Below are positions 9,151-17,454 of a stretch of 64,000 nucleotides of DNA, in pieces. Position numbers and translations under genes: made by a program. Origin of the DNA: a virus. Its lineage: Duplodnaviria > Caudoviricetes. Numbering within the stretch: position 1 is the stretch's first letter; every line of letters begins with the position of its first letter. The notes beneath the pieces were generated by a model, which saw only the letters and a list, made by a program, of their open reading frames with translations, ran no database searches and had not been told where the DNA came from. The stretch is from the IMG/VR virus record IMGVR_UViG_3300036952_000026, positions 1,547-65,546 of that record; one strand, written 5' to 3'.

Positions 9151-9320
9151 CAACTCTCCTTTTCGTTGATCCAGTAATCAAGACCGAACCAAACTGCTTC
9201 TAGGAACCCATAGGCGGCCATGATCAGCACAGCCGTCCAGTCATACTTGTTCAACATGATACTGATACAACCAGCACCAAGCATGAACACCACGATTTTC
9301 ATCAACTTAGCCCACAACAT
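9150..9320 (-). CDS. small membrane protein (56 aa, MLWAKLMKIVVFML...)
   Basis: Translated by hand; AGGAG SD; stop overlaps the next ATG. Confidence 0.6.
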   Translation of the reverse strand: MLWAKLMKIVVFMLGAGCISIMLNKYDWTAVLIMAAYGFLEAVWFGLDYWINEKES

Positions 9321-9354
9321 CTAGTCTCCTCTCAGGACACACCGAAAGGCCGTG

Positions 9355-9501
9355 TGCCACATGCCAGATCCGAAAATGAAAAAGTCTTTGGAGAAACACT
9401 ACCCTATACCCTCTTACGCGTGTGTGAGAGGGTATAAGGTATTGGTGTATTTCTGGAACTTTTTCATTTCCGGATCTGACATGTGGCAGACCCTATACCC
9501 T
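9355..9501. repeat. long imperfect inverted repeat with ACCCTATACCCT copies; candidate replication origin
   Basis: Arms 9355-9414 and 9427-9488 around a 12-nt loop; ACCCTATACCCT at 9401, 9490 and 8628, inverted variant at 9429. Confidence 0.7.
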
Positions 9502-9567
9502 ATTGGCCAGAAAGGGGCTCTGACCTGGGCGTTTGTACTCACTCCCGCGCTTGCCAGTTCTGCCAGT

Positions 9568-10842
9568 TTAGGCTGCAGCAGGCAACTCCCTAGATGGGAA
9601 GAGCTCCACAACATCTGCCGTACCGAACAGCTCACGCGCCGCTTTCCGCTCATTAAACGCCTTTTTCTCACTCAAACTGCGCTTAATCGCACGGTCTATG
9701 AGAGAATCTGACATCAGAACGTAGTAGTACAGGTTCGTAAACGGCGTATCTAGGCGATCGATCCGCCCTTGCGCCTGCTCGAAGTTCTTCCAGCTGTATG
9801 TCTGGCTGTAGAACACCATCGCGTCCGTCTCTGTACAGTTCCATCCTTCAGCGCCGGCAACGTACTGGACCAGGTAGATCCATTCGTCGGTATCCGGAAT
9901 AGGCTCCTTCTTGTGGCCGTTCCACTCAGCAACCTTGAAGTCGACGCCAGGACGATGGAAGGCGAAATCCCGTCGCATAGCCTCGAGCTCGTAGTCGAAG
10001 TTGTAGAAGACGATCAATTTCTTGTGCATGTCTTGTAACTTCCACAGCGCGTCAAGACGTGACTCGTCCTCGTTCACCACACGCCTCATCAAGCGGAACA
10101 TCTCTGCGACATCACGAATAGGTCGGTCCTCGTACACGTTCCAGCGATTGATCGCCACCTGCTTGAAGAGATCCTTGTCGTGCATCACTGGCCACTCGTT
10201 GACGAATCGGGTGGTGTGTTTCTCGTATGGCATCTCTACCAATACGTGGTTACGCATCAGCTCGAGCTTGGTCTCGTTGAGATAGCCCTTGATCTTGGGG
10301 AATTTGGAGAAGGGCTCCATGATGACGTGCTTTGCCCGGAACTCCGTGATGTTCTTGAAGAAGCCGTTGGCGATGAAGACGGGCGCGTAGTCCATCCACG
10401 TATCACCAGGCGTACCACTGAGGAGAATCCAGTTGTTCTTGGACTCTGGCTGCTGGGACTCGACGTGGAGGGTGGTGTTCCGCTTGACGATCTTGTAGAA
10501 CGCCTTTACCCACGCCCCCGTTCCCACGAGTCGCTGCTCGTCGAAGATGAAGAACGCGCCTTCGATATCGATGTACTTGTGGATGTTGTTCCACGAGTCT
10601 ACCGTGAGCTTACCGTGTGCAGTATGTTCAGTGCCGCACGCGATAGCTCCGAACTCACGTTCCCAGTCCCAGCTGTCTCGCTTCTTGGCCGTCGTGATGA
10701 CGTAGACGTCCTTCGGCGATTCGTACTTCTCGTAGTAGGCTACTGCTGTCCTGGACTTCCCCGTACCGACCAGCCCATACAAGATTGACCCGTTGCGAAG
10801 TTTGTCTCTGGCCGTGATTTGGTGTTCTCGTAAATCTAGCAA
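9568..10842 (-). CDS. SF2 (SNF2/DEAD-like) DNA helicase
   Basis: GLVGTGKSRT Walker A, FIFDEQ, LLSGTPGD, QAQGRIDR motifs. Confidence 0.9.
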   Translation of the reverse strand: MLDLREHQITARDKLRNGSILYGLVGTGKSRTAVAYYEKYESPKDVYVITTAKKRDSWDWEREFGAIACGTEHTAHGKLTVDSWNNIHKYIDIEGAFFIFDEQRLVGTGAWVKAFYKIVKRNTTLHVESQQPESKNNWILLSGTPGDTWMDYAPVFIANGFFKNITEFRAKHVIMEPFSKFPKIKGYLNETKLELMRNHVLVEMPYEKHTTRFVNEWPVMHDKDLFKQVAINRWNVYEDRPIRDVAEMFRLMRRVVNEDESRLDALWKLQDMHKKLIVFYNFDYELEAMRRDFAFHRPGVDFKVAEWNGHKKEPIPDTDEWIYLVQYVAGAEGWNCTETDAMVFYSQTYSWKNFEQAQGRIDRLDTPFTNLYYYVLMSDSLIDRAIKRSLSEKKAFNERKAARELFGTADVVELFPSRELPAAA

Positions 10843-10997
10843 ACTTCACCTCCTCGTGGTCTAGTGGGCGGGTACCTGGTTCACCACCTTCTTTACACGT
10901 GCAGGGTCTCGTAGAGAGATGGCCGTACACGTAATGGTGGTGATGTGGTCTCAAATTTGGTCTGGTGCAGCCCTGAAGCGTGCACTTTGTGGGGAAC

Positions 10998-11153
10998 TCA
11001 CTCATTGGCGGCCTCGACAAGATCGTCGTAAGCTTCCTTCGAGAGAACAACTCCAACGACCTCGTCGCCGTTCTTCAGCTCAATCGGTTCGGTCAGATCA
11101 GGACTAACCGTGTCAGGAATTGCTTCCATCAGCTGTCGTACCTTGCTCTTCAT
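10998..11153 (-). CDS. small hypothetical protein (51 aa), Phd/YefM-like appearance
   Basis: MKSKVRQLMEAIPD...EPIELKNGDEVVGVVLSKEAYDDLVEAANE; AAGGAGG SD. Confidence 0.5.
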   Translation of the reverse strand: MKSKVRQLMEAIPDTVSPDLTEPIELKNGDEVVGVVLSKEAYDDLVEAANE

Positions 11154-11445
11154 GTGTTTCCTCCTTTCGTGTGTCAGTCAGCCGTCCAAGACTCGTGTCC
11201 ATCCAACGTTGAGGCATACCGTCGGTTTGCTCATAGTCGTCATGGAGCCGATGTGGTCCTTTCACGCGGCATGTAAAGATCTTCCCACAATGCTCGAGTC
11301 GATCTCCACACTCCTTCTCGTTTGCTTCCTTGGTTTCTACCTCGAGTTCTTCGACCATCTCGATCGCGTCGTCGAATGCGGAATCCCAACGCGCATCTGC
11401 GATGTTGAGTAGTCGCAACTTCAACTCTTCACTATCGATCAGCAT
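11113..11445 (-). CDS. hypothetical protein
   Basis: ORF, start MLIDSEE with GGAGG SD. Confidence 0.5.
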   Translation of the reverse strand: MLIDSEELKLRLLNIADARWDSAFDDAIEMVEELEVETKEANEKECGDRLEHCGKIFTCRVKGPHRLHDDYEQTDGMPQRWMDTSLGRLTDTRKEETHEEQGTTADGSNS

Positions 11446-11914
11446 GATCCTCCGATCTGAACTTTCGGTCAGGCCATTCGTCCATGTCAAGCCAAGGCTC
11501 ATCATCAACGAAGGTGTAGTGGACGGTGTTTCCCGATGGACCAGCGAGATCTACTCCGAGGTGTACGTGCTCGCTTCGACGCGGGGGCGGTTTGGTCACT
11601 TCGATACCCATCGCCGCGGCATACATCTCGATTTGTTGAGCAATCCGCTGCTTCTCAGCTTGACGGGCCGCAACCGAATGCATGTAGTAGGGAGGACGGC
11701 AACCGTTCCTGATCCAGCTCTGCCACGTGTCGAAGTCGAAACCAGACCACTTGTAAAGGTTGAAACGTGCCTCTTCCCACTTGACGCGGAGACGGAGCTC
11801 GGGAGACCTCAGGAATCGCCAGTTCCCAAGGTCCCACGAGACAACCGTCACCTTCAAGTCCGCGTCGTACGGAATCTCATGATCTTTCCTCCACTGCTCG
11901 AGGGACTTAGTCAT
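11432..11914 (-). CDS. hypothetical protein
   Basis: ORF, start MTKSLEQW with GGAGGG SD. Confidence 0.6.
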   Translation of the reverse strand: MTKSLEQWRKDHEIPYDADLKVTVVSWDLGNWRFLRSPELRLRVKWEEARFNLYKWSGFDFDTWQSWIRNGCRPPYYMHSVAARQAEKQRIAQQIEMYAAAMGIEVTKPPPRRSEHVHLGVDLAGPSGNTVHYTFVDDEPWLDMDEWPDRKFRSEDHADR

Positions 11915-12446
11915 TATCGAACCCTCCATGTCTCTTCCTACCAAGAAGATCCGGGATGAAGTCCCATCGGTCCAAAGCCCCACCGTACGCAAGCTCACGC
12001 GGAGACTCCGGATGTGGTTCCTGAACGCAGAGTCCATCCACGCGGAAGAACTCCTTGACCTCATGCGCCTCGATGAGGATGACCATCTCCCAGATCTGAG
12101 ACACGATCAAGAGCTCATCAAGGACCGCGATGTCGTGGGTCTGGAAAGGAATCTCACGCCACACCATCGTCTTGGATTCTCGCGTGGGCATTGGGACATG
12201 CTCGGACTCGTAGGGCCTTGGTGACCACTCGAAGTAGCCCGAAAGCTGTCGTTCCTTCCAAAGCGCCTGCTGACGCTCTTGCTCGATCCGCTGTTCTGGA
12301 TTCTGCTCCATGGTGGTCAGACAAACGCCAACCACGATCTGGTTGCGGTCCCTCTTTTCCTGGACCTCGAACTGCCATCCCGGCTTGTACCTGATCCGAG
12401 CGACCAACGACTCCATCGCCTCGAAGGGTGTCGTCTTGATTTCCAT
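11907..12446 (-). CDS. hypothetical protein, paralog of 15921-16385
   Basis: ARIRYKPGW...HEVKEFFRVDG..PHP motif. Confidence 0.7.
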   Translation of the reverse strand: MEIKTTPFEAMESLVARIRYKPGWQFEVQEKRDRNQIVVGVCLTTMEQNPEQRIEQERQQALWKERQLSGYFEWSPRPYESEHVPMPTRESKTMVWREIPFQTHDIAVLDELLIVSQIWEMVILIEAHEVKEFFRVDGLCVQEPHPESPRELAYGGALDRWDFIPDLLGRKRHGGFDND

Positions 12447-12916
12447 CAGTCCCCCTTAACGGCCGGTCTCGTGGACAGAGAGAACGCGGTGATCTTGTAA
12501 CCACGCTTGGGCTCGAATTCCTTGGGCTCGAGCCGTGCGCCGAGCTCGAATCCCATGTGCGAGACGTAGCCCTCAGCCATCTCGTCGAGGATATGATCGT
12601 TGTGGATGATCAACATCCCTACCGGAGGAGCTTCCATGTCGAAACCGTAGAGGAGAGGCAACTTGTGCCCTTCCTCCTGGTCAAGCCTGATCGCTCGACC
12701 TTCCTCCACGGCTCGCAACACGTCGTACACGTCGCGAATGCGCTCGACGCTCGACGGCCCCACCTCGCGGTAGTAGGGCATGGCTCCGTTGTGGGACAGG
12801 TAGAAGTACCCACCCATTCCGAGTCGTTCCGTGAAGTGGTACATCCCAGACCCCTTCCGCTGCCGAAGCAGTTCAAAAGAGGGGTGGGGGTACATCCTTG
12901 CTGCGTTCAGTTCCAT
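12446..12916 (-). CDS. hypothetical protein
   Basis: ORF translationally coupled to its neighbour. Confidence 0.65.
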   Translation of the reverse strand: MELNAARMYPHPSFELLRQRKGSGMYHFTERLGMGGYFYLSHNGAMPYYREVGPSSVERIRDVYDVLRAVEEGRAIRLDQEEGHKLPLLYGFDMEAPPVGMLIIHNDHILDEMAEGYVSHMGFELGARLEPKEFEPKRGYKITAFSLSTRPAVKGD

Positions 12917-13909
12917 CTTCTTCTCCTATTTCGTCGTCATTCCCGTATCCGAGAATCTCGTTCTTGACCCATTGGATAAGGATCTCACGCGCCTTGCAGA
13001 GATCCTGGCATTCGTGCTTCTCTTTGCAGATCAGCTCTTGCGGGCATTCGTTACTCGGAGGTGGAGACCAGTTCGCCATTGGCTTCCTCCTTCGGGTGTA
13101 GCTTCTCTGCGCATTCGACACAGACGATCTTGGGTCCTCGTTCAGGGGTGTGCTCTGGGCAACACTTGACTCGGACCTGATCGGGCAGAATGTCGTTTCC
13201 GCAGTTGGTGCACTCATCATGTGAAACCACAATGATGATGTCATCCGTCATGGGCTCGAGAAACATGGTCGTATTGGGAGGAGCCATCAACACATCATCC
13301 GAAGAAATCCTGATGACGCCACCAGCCGCCTTTACTGCAGCGGCGAGAACCAGGCCAGGATTCTCCTTGTAGATACTTCTTGAAGGACCAGTGAGCGCCT
13401 CATACATGAGGTCGAGTGAGTTGGGCTCACTCATGGTGACCACATTGCCGACCGGTCTTGGTCTTCGTTCTCGGGGTGCTTCCCCGTCACGCAAAGACAC
13501 CGACCCTTGTAATGGTGCTTCTTCACCTTCTCGAAGCGTTCACCATCAGTAACGCCCCAGTTGATCTCGTCAACCTTACCGTCACGAAGCAGCCGAAGCA
13601 CGTCGGGTCCGCTCCAATCCATCCAAGCGATAAAGTTGTCTTCATCTTCCTGCATGGGGATCTCGGTGATCATACAACCGCCAGTACTCGTCCGGTAGCC
13701 CGTTCCAGCTCGACGTGCTCTTCTCGAGTGAGAGCCATCGATCCAGAGTTGGGGCTGGGGGACGTCACGACGTTCGCGGAACACGCAGCGGATCCACCTT
13801 CATCGAACTTGCCAGGGCACTCGACGGGTGTTTCGCCGAGCGTCCAATCATGGGGAGCATGAATCACTCCCATTTGATAGTCAATACAGGGATGAAGCAT
13901 TACAACCAA
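12873..13909 (-). CDS. run of four small hypothetical CDSs (12873-13079, 13051-13434, 13431-13673, 13670-13909), several Cys-rich
   Basis: Overlapping stop/start arrangement and SD sites; CxxC motifs. Confidence 0.55.
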
Positions 13910-14421
13910 CCTCTCTTGAGTAGGTCCCAGATGGGGTGTTTCTTCTTTCGATCCGACCAGAAACGATCGTGTTCAAGCATGACGTCCATGAGTTCGACAT
14001 CGGCCACGCAGTAGTTCGGAACAAGTCTGTTGTCTTCCAACCCAGCGAAGTACTCGGTCATGTCGGCCTCGACTTTGTTCCAAAGTGCCCGTCCGAGAAT
14101 TTTTAGGACATCGATTTCGGGATCCATTTCCACAACCGTCGGATCTTTTACGTATGTCTTCGCCGGGGGCTCAGCAACCCGAAAGAACTCAACGTCTTGT
14201 GCGTACGCGGTCTGTAGGTGTGGCCATTGAGCAGCGTCGTTCTGGAACTCGTCGCCGAACATGTACTTGAACTTGGTAGACCAGCAGAGTGCGCAAATGT
14301 GGAACTTCTCCACGTATACCTCTTTTGTTCCGTTCGGAAGTGGGGGTGAGATCAGCACCGCCCCAGGCATGGTCATTGGCAGACCACACGAAGGGACAGA
14401 GCAATTGACTTCGAGTGCCAT
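13900..14421 (-). CDS. hypothetical protein with CxxxxC/CxxC motifs
   Basis: Start MALEVNC overlaps the thyX stop (TGATG). Confidence 0.6.
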   Translation of the reverse strand: MALEVNCSVPSCGLPMTMPGAVLISPPLPNGTKEVYVEKFHICALCWSTKFKYMFGDEFQNDAAQWPHLQTAYAQDVEFFRVAEPPAKTYVKDPTVVEMDPEIDVLKILGRALWNKVEADMTEYFAGLEDNRLVPNYCVADVELMDVMLEHDRFWSDRKKKHPIWDLLKRGWL

Positions 14422-15191
14422 CAGGGAGCCACCCGACCGTTCTGCACGTACAGCGAGTGCGTCAGCGGGAAGAGCTGAGCGAAGACCTCTTCCATCTGGT
14501 TGGCGCACTGGTTGATCTCCCACTGGGGGTGCGACACAAACGCCGCGTCGGGGTGGTGCTGTCGAAGAGACAAAAACGCCATGCAGGAACGAGGGTTGAG
14601 CGTGGTGATCATGTCGGAGTACAAACCCACACCAAGCACTGCTCGAGCACTCTCCTTCGCGATACCAAGATCACGAACCTGATGGACATATCGCTCCCAA
14701 GCAAATTCAGCAACCGCCATTTGATCACGGACATAAGCGAGGTATGTTTCACGATCGGCCGGCACCCACGTCGGGTTGCTGTGCTTGCCCTCTTGGATCA
14801 GAGGTCTCTCAGGTGGGGCGATGTAGAACTCCGGAGGCATCACCTTGTAGCGAGCCGATGCCTCGTTGTAGCTGAATCCGATGCGGTGACGATGCCATTC
14901 ACGGAAGACCATGATGGGTGCCTTGACGTAGAGCTTAATCGACGCCTGCTCGAACGGGGATCCATGCTTGTGGGACATCATGAAGTCGAGGCGCGGCTGA
15001 CGCGAACGCTTGTACTTCTCCAGATCTTCAGCCATCTCAGCGTCTTGAGTAGAAACAAGCATAGCTTCAAGGATGGCGTCATCGTCGCCCATGTGATCCT
15101 TATAAGTACAGATGAGTTCGGTGTTGAAAGATGGCTTTCTTTCAAGCGCTTCCAGCTCAGCCGGCTTCAGGTTGTGGCGATTGTCCGTCAT
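14421..15191 (-). CDS. thyX: FAD-dependent thymidylate synthase ThyX
   Basis: HGSPFEQ, REWHRHR, NEASARY signature, LSLR...AQ/PQWEI region. Confidence 0.93.
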   Translation of the reverse strand: MTDNRHNLKPAELEALERKPSFNTELICTYKDHMGDDDAILEAMLVSTQDAEMAEDLEKYKRSRQPRLDFMMSHKHGSPFEQASIKLYVKAPIMVFREWHRHRIGFSYNEASARYKVMPPEFYIAPPERPLIQEGKHSNPTWVPADRETYLAYVRDQMAVAEFAWERYVHQVRDLGIAKESARAVLGVGLYSDMITTLNPRSCMAFLSLRQHHPDAAFVSHPQWEINQCANQMEEVFAQLFPLTHSLYVQNGRVAP

Positions 15192-15498
15192 TCGGTTCTC
15201 CTTGTTGTTCGATGATTCGATCTAGGCCTTCGTCGATGGTTTGAGCAACCGCCAACGCCGCCTCTTCCTTTTCTCGACGCTCGATTTCGTCGTTGAGATA
15301 CCAAGCAGCCTTTTTGAGATCCTGGATGGTCGGAGCTTCATCCTTGTGGCCAGCACGCCAAACGTACTTAACCACGTTTCCAAGATTGAAGTTCATGTGG
15401 CGGGTAATAACAATGCACTCGACACCACTAGGGTGTCCGGTGTAATGCTTTGGATGGTTCACCGCGTCGTGTTCGGGTGCTGTTTCACCCATCGGCAT
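15157..15498 (-). CDS. DUF3310-type phage protein
   Basis: DAVNHPKHY...FNLGNVVKYVWRAGHK...DLKKAAWYL. Confidence 0.85.
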   Translation of the reverse strand: MPMGETAPEHDAVNHPKHYTGHPSGVECIVITRHMNFNLGNVVKYVWRAGHKDEAPTIQDLKKAAWYLNDEIERREKEEAALAVAQTIDEGLDRIIEQQGEPNDGQSPQPEAG

Positions 15499-15931
15499 CT
15501 CCAGTCTGGGGTGGGTGGTCAGGAGACTTCCAGCCGGCGAGTTCGTCCACGATCATGATGGCGCCACGAAGAGCGACAACCGCGTACGATTCTCCGATCC
15601 GGGATTCGTTCTCCATCTCTTGCTCAAGGCGTTGCCTAAGCTCGATTGCCGAGATCTTTACGTCGTGCTTGCAGGCCAAGCAGTTGAGATTCGCGTCGGA
15701 GTAGGGGTATCCGTCACATGTGTGCTCGTACGTGCTCGCTTCCACGCTGGGAAGCTGAGGAGAGACCAACGCGCCGAGCACGCCACCATCTCCGATGATC
15801 TGAACTACGTCGACCATGTCCTGCTTGAAGAAGTCGCTGAACCGCCCAACGTCTTCCTTCTCCCAGAGCACCGCCATGCGGATCCGTCCTAGACGGAAGT
15901 CTTCCTCTGTACTTATGTTCTCAAACTTCAT
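15485..15931 (-). CDS. hypothetical protein
   Basis: ORF, start MKFENIS with AAGGAG SD. Confidence 0.6.
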   Translation of the reverse strand: MKFENISTEEDFRLGRIRMAVLWEKEDVGRFSDFFKQDMVDVVQIIGDGGVLGALVSPQLPSVEASTYEHTCDGYPYSDANLNCLACKHDVKISAIELRQRLEQEMENESRIGESYAVVALRGAIMIVDELAGWKSPDHPPQTGDADG

Positions 15932-16385
15932 CTTTCTCCTTTGGCTGGAGCGTCCAGATCGTCCCATGCTCATGCATGTAGTAGCCATGCATCGGGTCTT
16001 CGAATGGGTGAGGGTTGCGAACGTGCTTCCCACCAACCTTGAAGAACTCCATGGTCTCGTGCGTTTCGAAGCACGCCGTGTTGTTCATGAGCCAAATGAC
16101 GAGCTCGTCGTCCGTCTGTTGCGCGATCAGATCGTACGAAGCCCACATGTAGAAACGACCCATGTAGGGAGTCTCTGGGTGGTTGGAGTCAACCGTCGGA
16201 ATCCAGATGTTGACGCAGATCTCTGTCTTCTCGGCTTCAACTCGGATGATCGTTCCGGGCTTGTAGGTCACACGCGCAAAGAGATTGTGGACACGGAAGA
16301 ACTGAGGGTTAAGCCCCGAATCTCTCGCGTCCGTGCACGAAAGGTTCTCGACCGTTCTCCATCCACTGAAATCAGGCTTCTTCAT
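15921..16385 (-). CDS. hypothetical protein, paralog of 11907-12446
   Basis: ARVTYKPGT...HETMEFFKVGG..PHP motif. Confidence 0.7.
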   Translation of the reverse strand: MKKPDFSGWRTVENLSCTDARDSGLNPQFFRVHNLFARVTYKPGTIIRVEAEKTEICVNIWIPTVDSNHPETPYMGRFYMWASYDLIAQQTDDELVIWLMNNTACFETHETMEFFKVGGKHVRNPHPFEDPMHGYYMHEHGTIWTLQPKEKDEV

Positions 16386-16394
16386 TCGTTCTCC

Positions 16395-16844
16395 TTACTG
16401 GTACTCTACCTCTCGATAGATCCAGCGGTTGTTGGTATCGTCCCATGAGGACAGTTCGAAGCACCGATCTCGGCGCGAGTCGTCTTCCATGGTGAGCTTG
16501 AGCTCGTCGGTCACACGAAGCTTGATGAGCCCCTTTGGAAGACTATTTGCCATCGTCTTGAGCGTGACCTCTCGGTCGTACTGCGGAAGGTATGCAGCAC
16601 CCGTGGTTGGCTGCCAGGAGTACGTCCAGCAGTACGTCTTCTCATCGACTGTTGTCTCGGTTTTCACGACGTGATCTCTGTGAAGTCTTACGCCAAACAG
16701 ACCGCCCGCGGCTGTGATGAAACTCGTGAGAAGTTCATCACTGAGAACATCGACACGCGGATCATTTCTCTCTGTCCTGTTGATGTAGAACTTCACCTCG
16801 AAGTCACGCATCGCCAGGAGCTGCTCATTCACCCATAGGGCCAT
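16395..16844 (-). CDS. hypothetical protein
   Basis: 149-aa ORF with AGGAGG SD. Confidence 0.65.
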   Translation of the reverse strand: MALWVNEQLLAMRDFEVKFYINRTERNDPRVDVLSDELLTSFITAAGGLFGVRLHRDHVVKTETTVDEKTYCWTYSWQPTTGAAYLPQYDREVTLKTMANSLPKGLIKLRVTDELKLTMEDDSRRDRCFELSSWDDTNNRWIYREVEYQ

Positions 16845-16853
16845 CAGTTCCTC

Positions 16854-17147
16854 CTATCTGAACTCTACATGGCCGTACTCCACATCGGGAGATGCGTGCC
16901 ACTCGTTGACCTTCACGTTACAGACGACACCAGTACCAAGGTGGTGTCCGTCCCAAATCGCGGACTCGATGATCGCTTGTCGGTATCGTTCCTTCCACCA
17001 ATCAGGCACACCATCGAAGCCCCAGTCATACAGGACCTCGGAAACGATCGCCATGACGGCTTCCTCATCTGTCTCGCCGTGGAAAGCCTCACAGAGATCT
17101 TCGTCGATTCCTGTAGCGGTTCCATCTGGGAACACGAAGATGGTCAT
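16854..17147 (-). CDS. hypothetical protein, tandem paralog A (MTIFVFPDG...WWKERYRQAII)
   Basis: AGGAG SD; clear similarity to the adjacent gene. Confidence 0.7.
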   Translation of the reverse strand: MTIFVFPDGTATGIDEDLCEAFHGETDEEAVMAIVSEVLYDWGFDGVPDWWKERYRQAIIESAIWDGHHLGTGVVCNVKVNEWHASPDVEYGHVEFR

Positions 17148-17155
17148 CTTTTCTC

Positions 17156-17446
17156 CTATCCGAATCCGACGCGTCCTACGGGCACGTCTTTTGCTGCGTA
17201 CCATTGATCGTGTATCGGGTCGTGTCTGACCCCACAATCAAGTACGTACGCATCGTCTATCGCGACATCAATGATCGCGTTTCTGTATCGGTGTTTCCAC
17301 CAACTAGGAAGTCCGCTCTGACCATTCTCGAACACGATTTGGCCAACAACATGGAGAAGCGCTTCTTGGTCGGTGATGGTGTCGTAATGGAACGAGAGGT
17401 CCTCTAACGTCACCCACTCCCCATTGGGGAATACGAAGTCGCGCAT
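17156..17446 (-). CDS. hypothetical protein, tandem paralog B (MRDFVFPNG...WWKHRYRNAII)
   Basis: AGGAG SD; clear similarity to the adjacent gene. Confidence 0.7.
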   Translation of the reverse strand: MRDFVFPNGEWVTLEDLSFHYDTITDQEALLHVVGQIVFENGQSGLPSWWKHRYRNAIIDVAIDDAYVLDCGVRHDPIHDQWYAAKDVPVGRVGFG

Positions 17447-17454
17447 GGTTTCTC

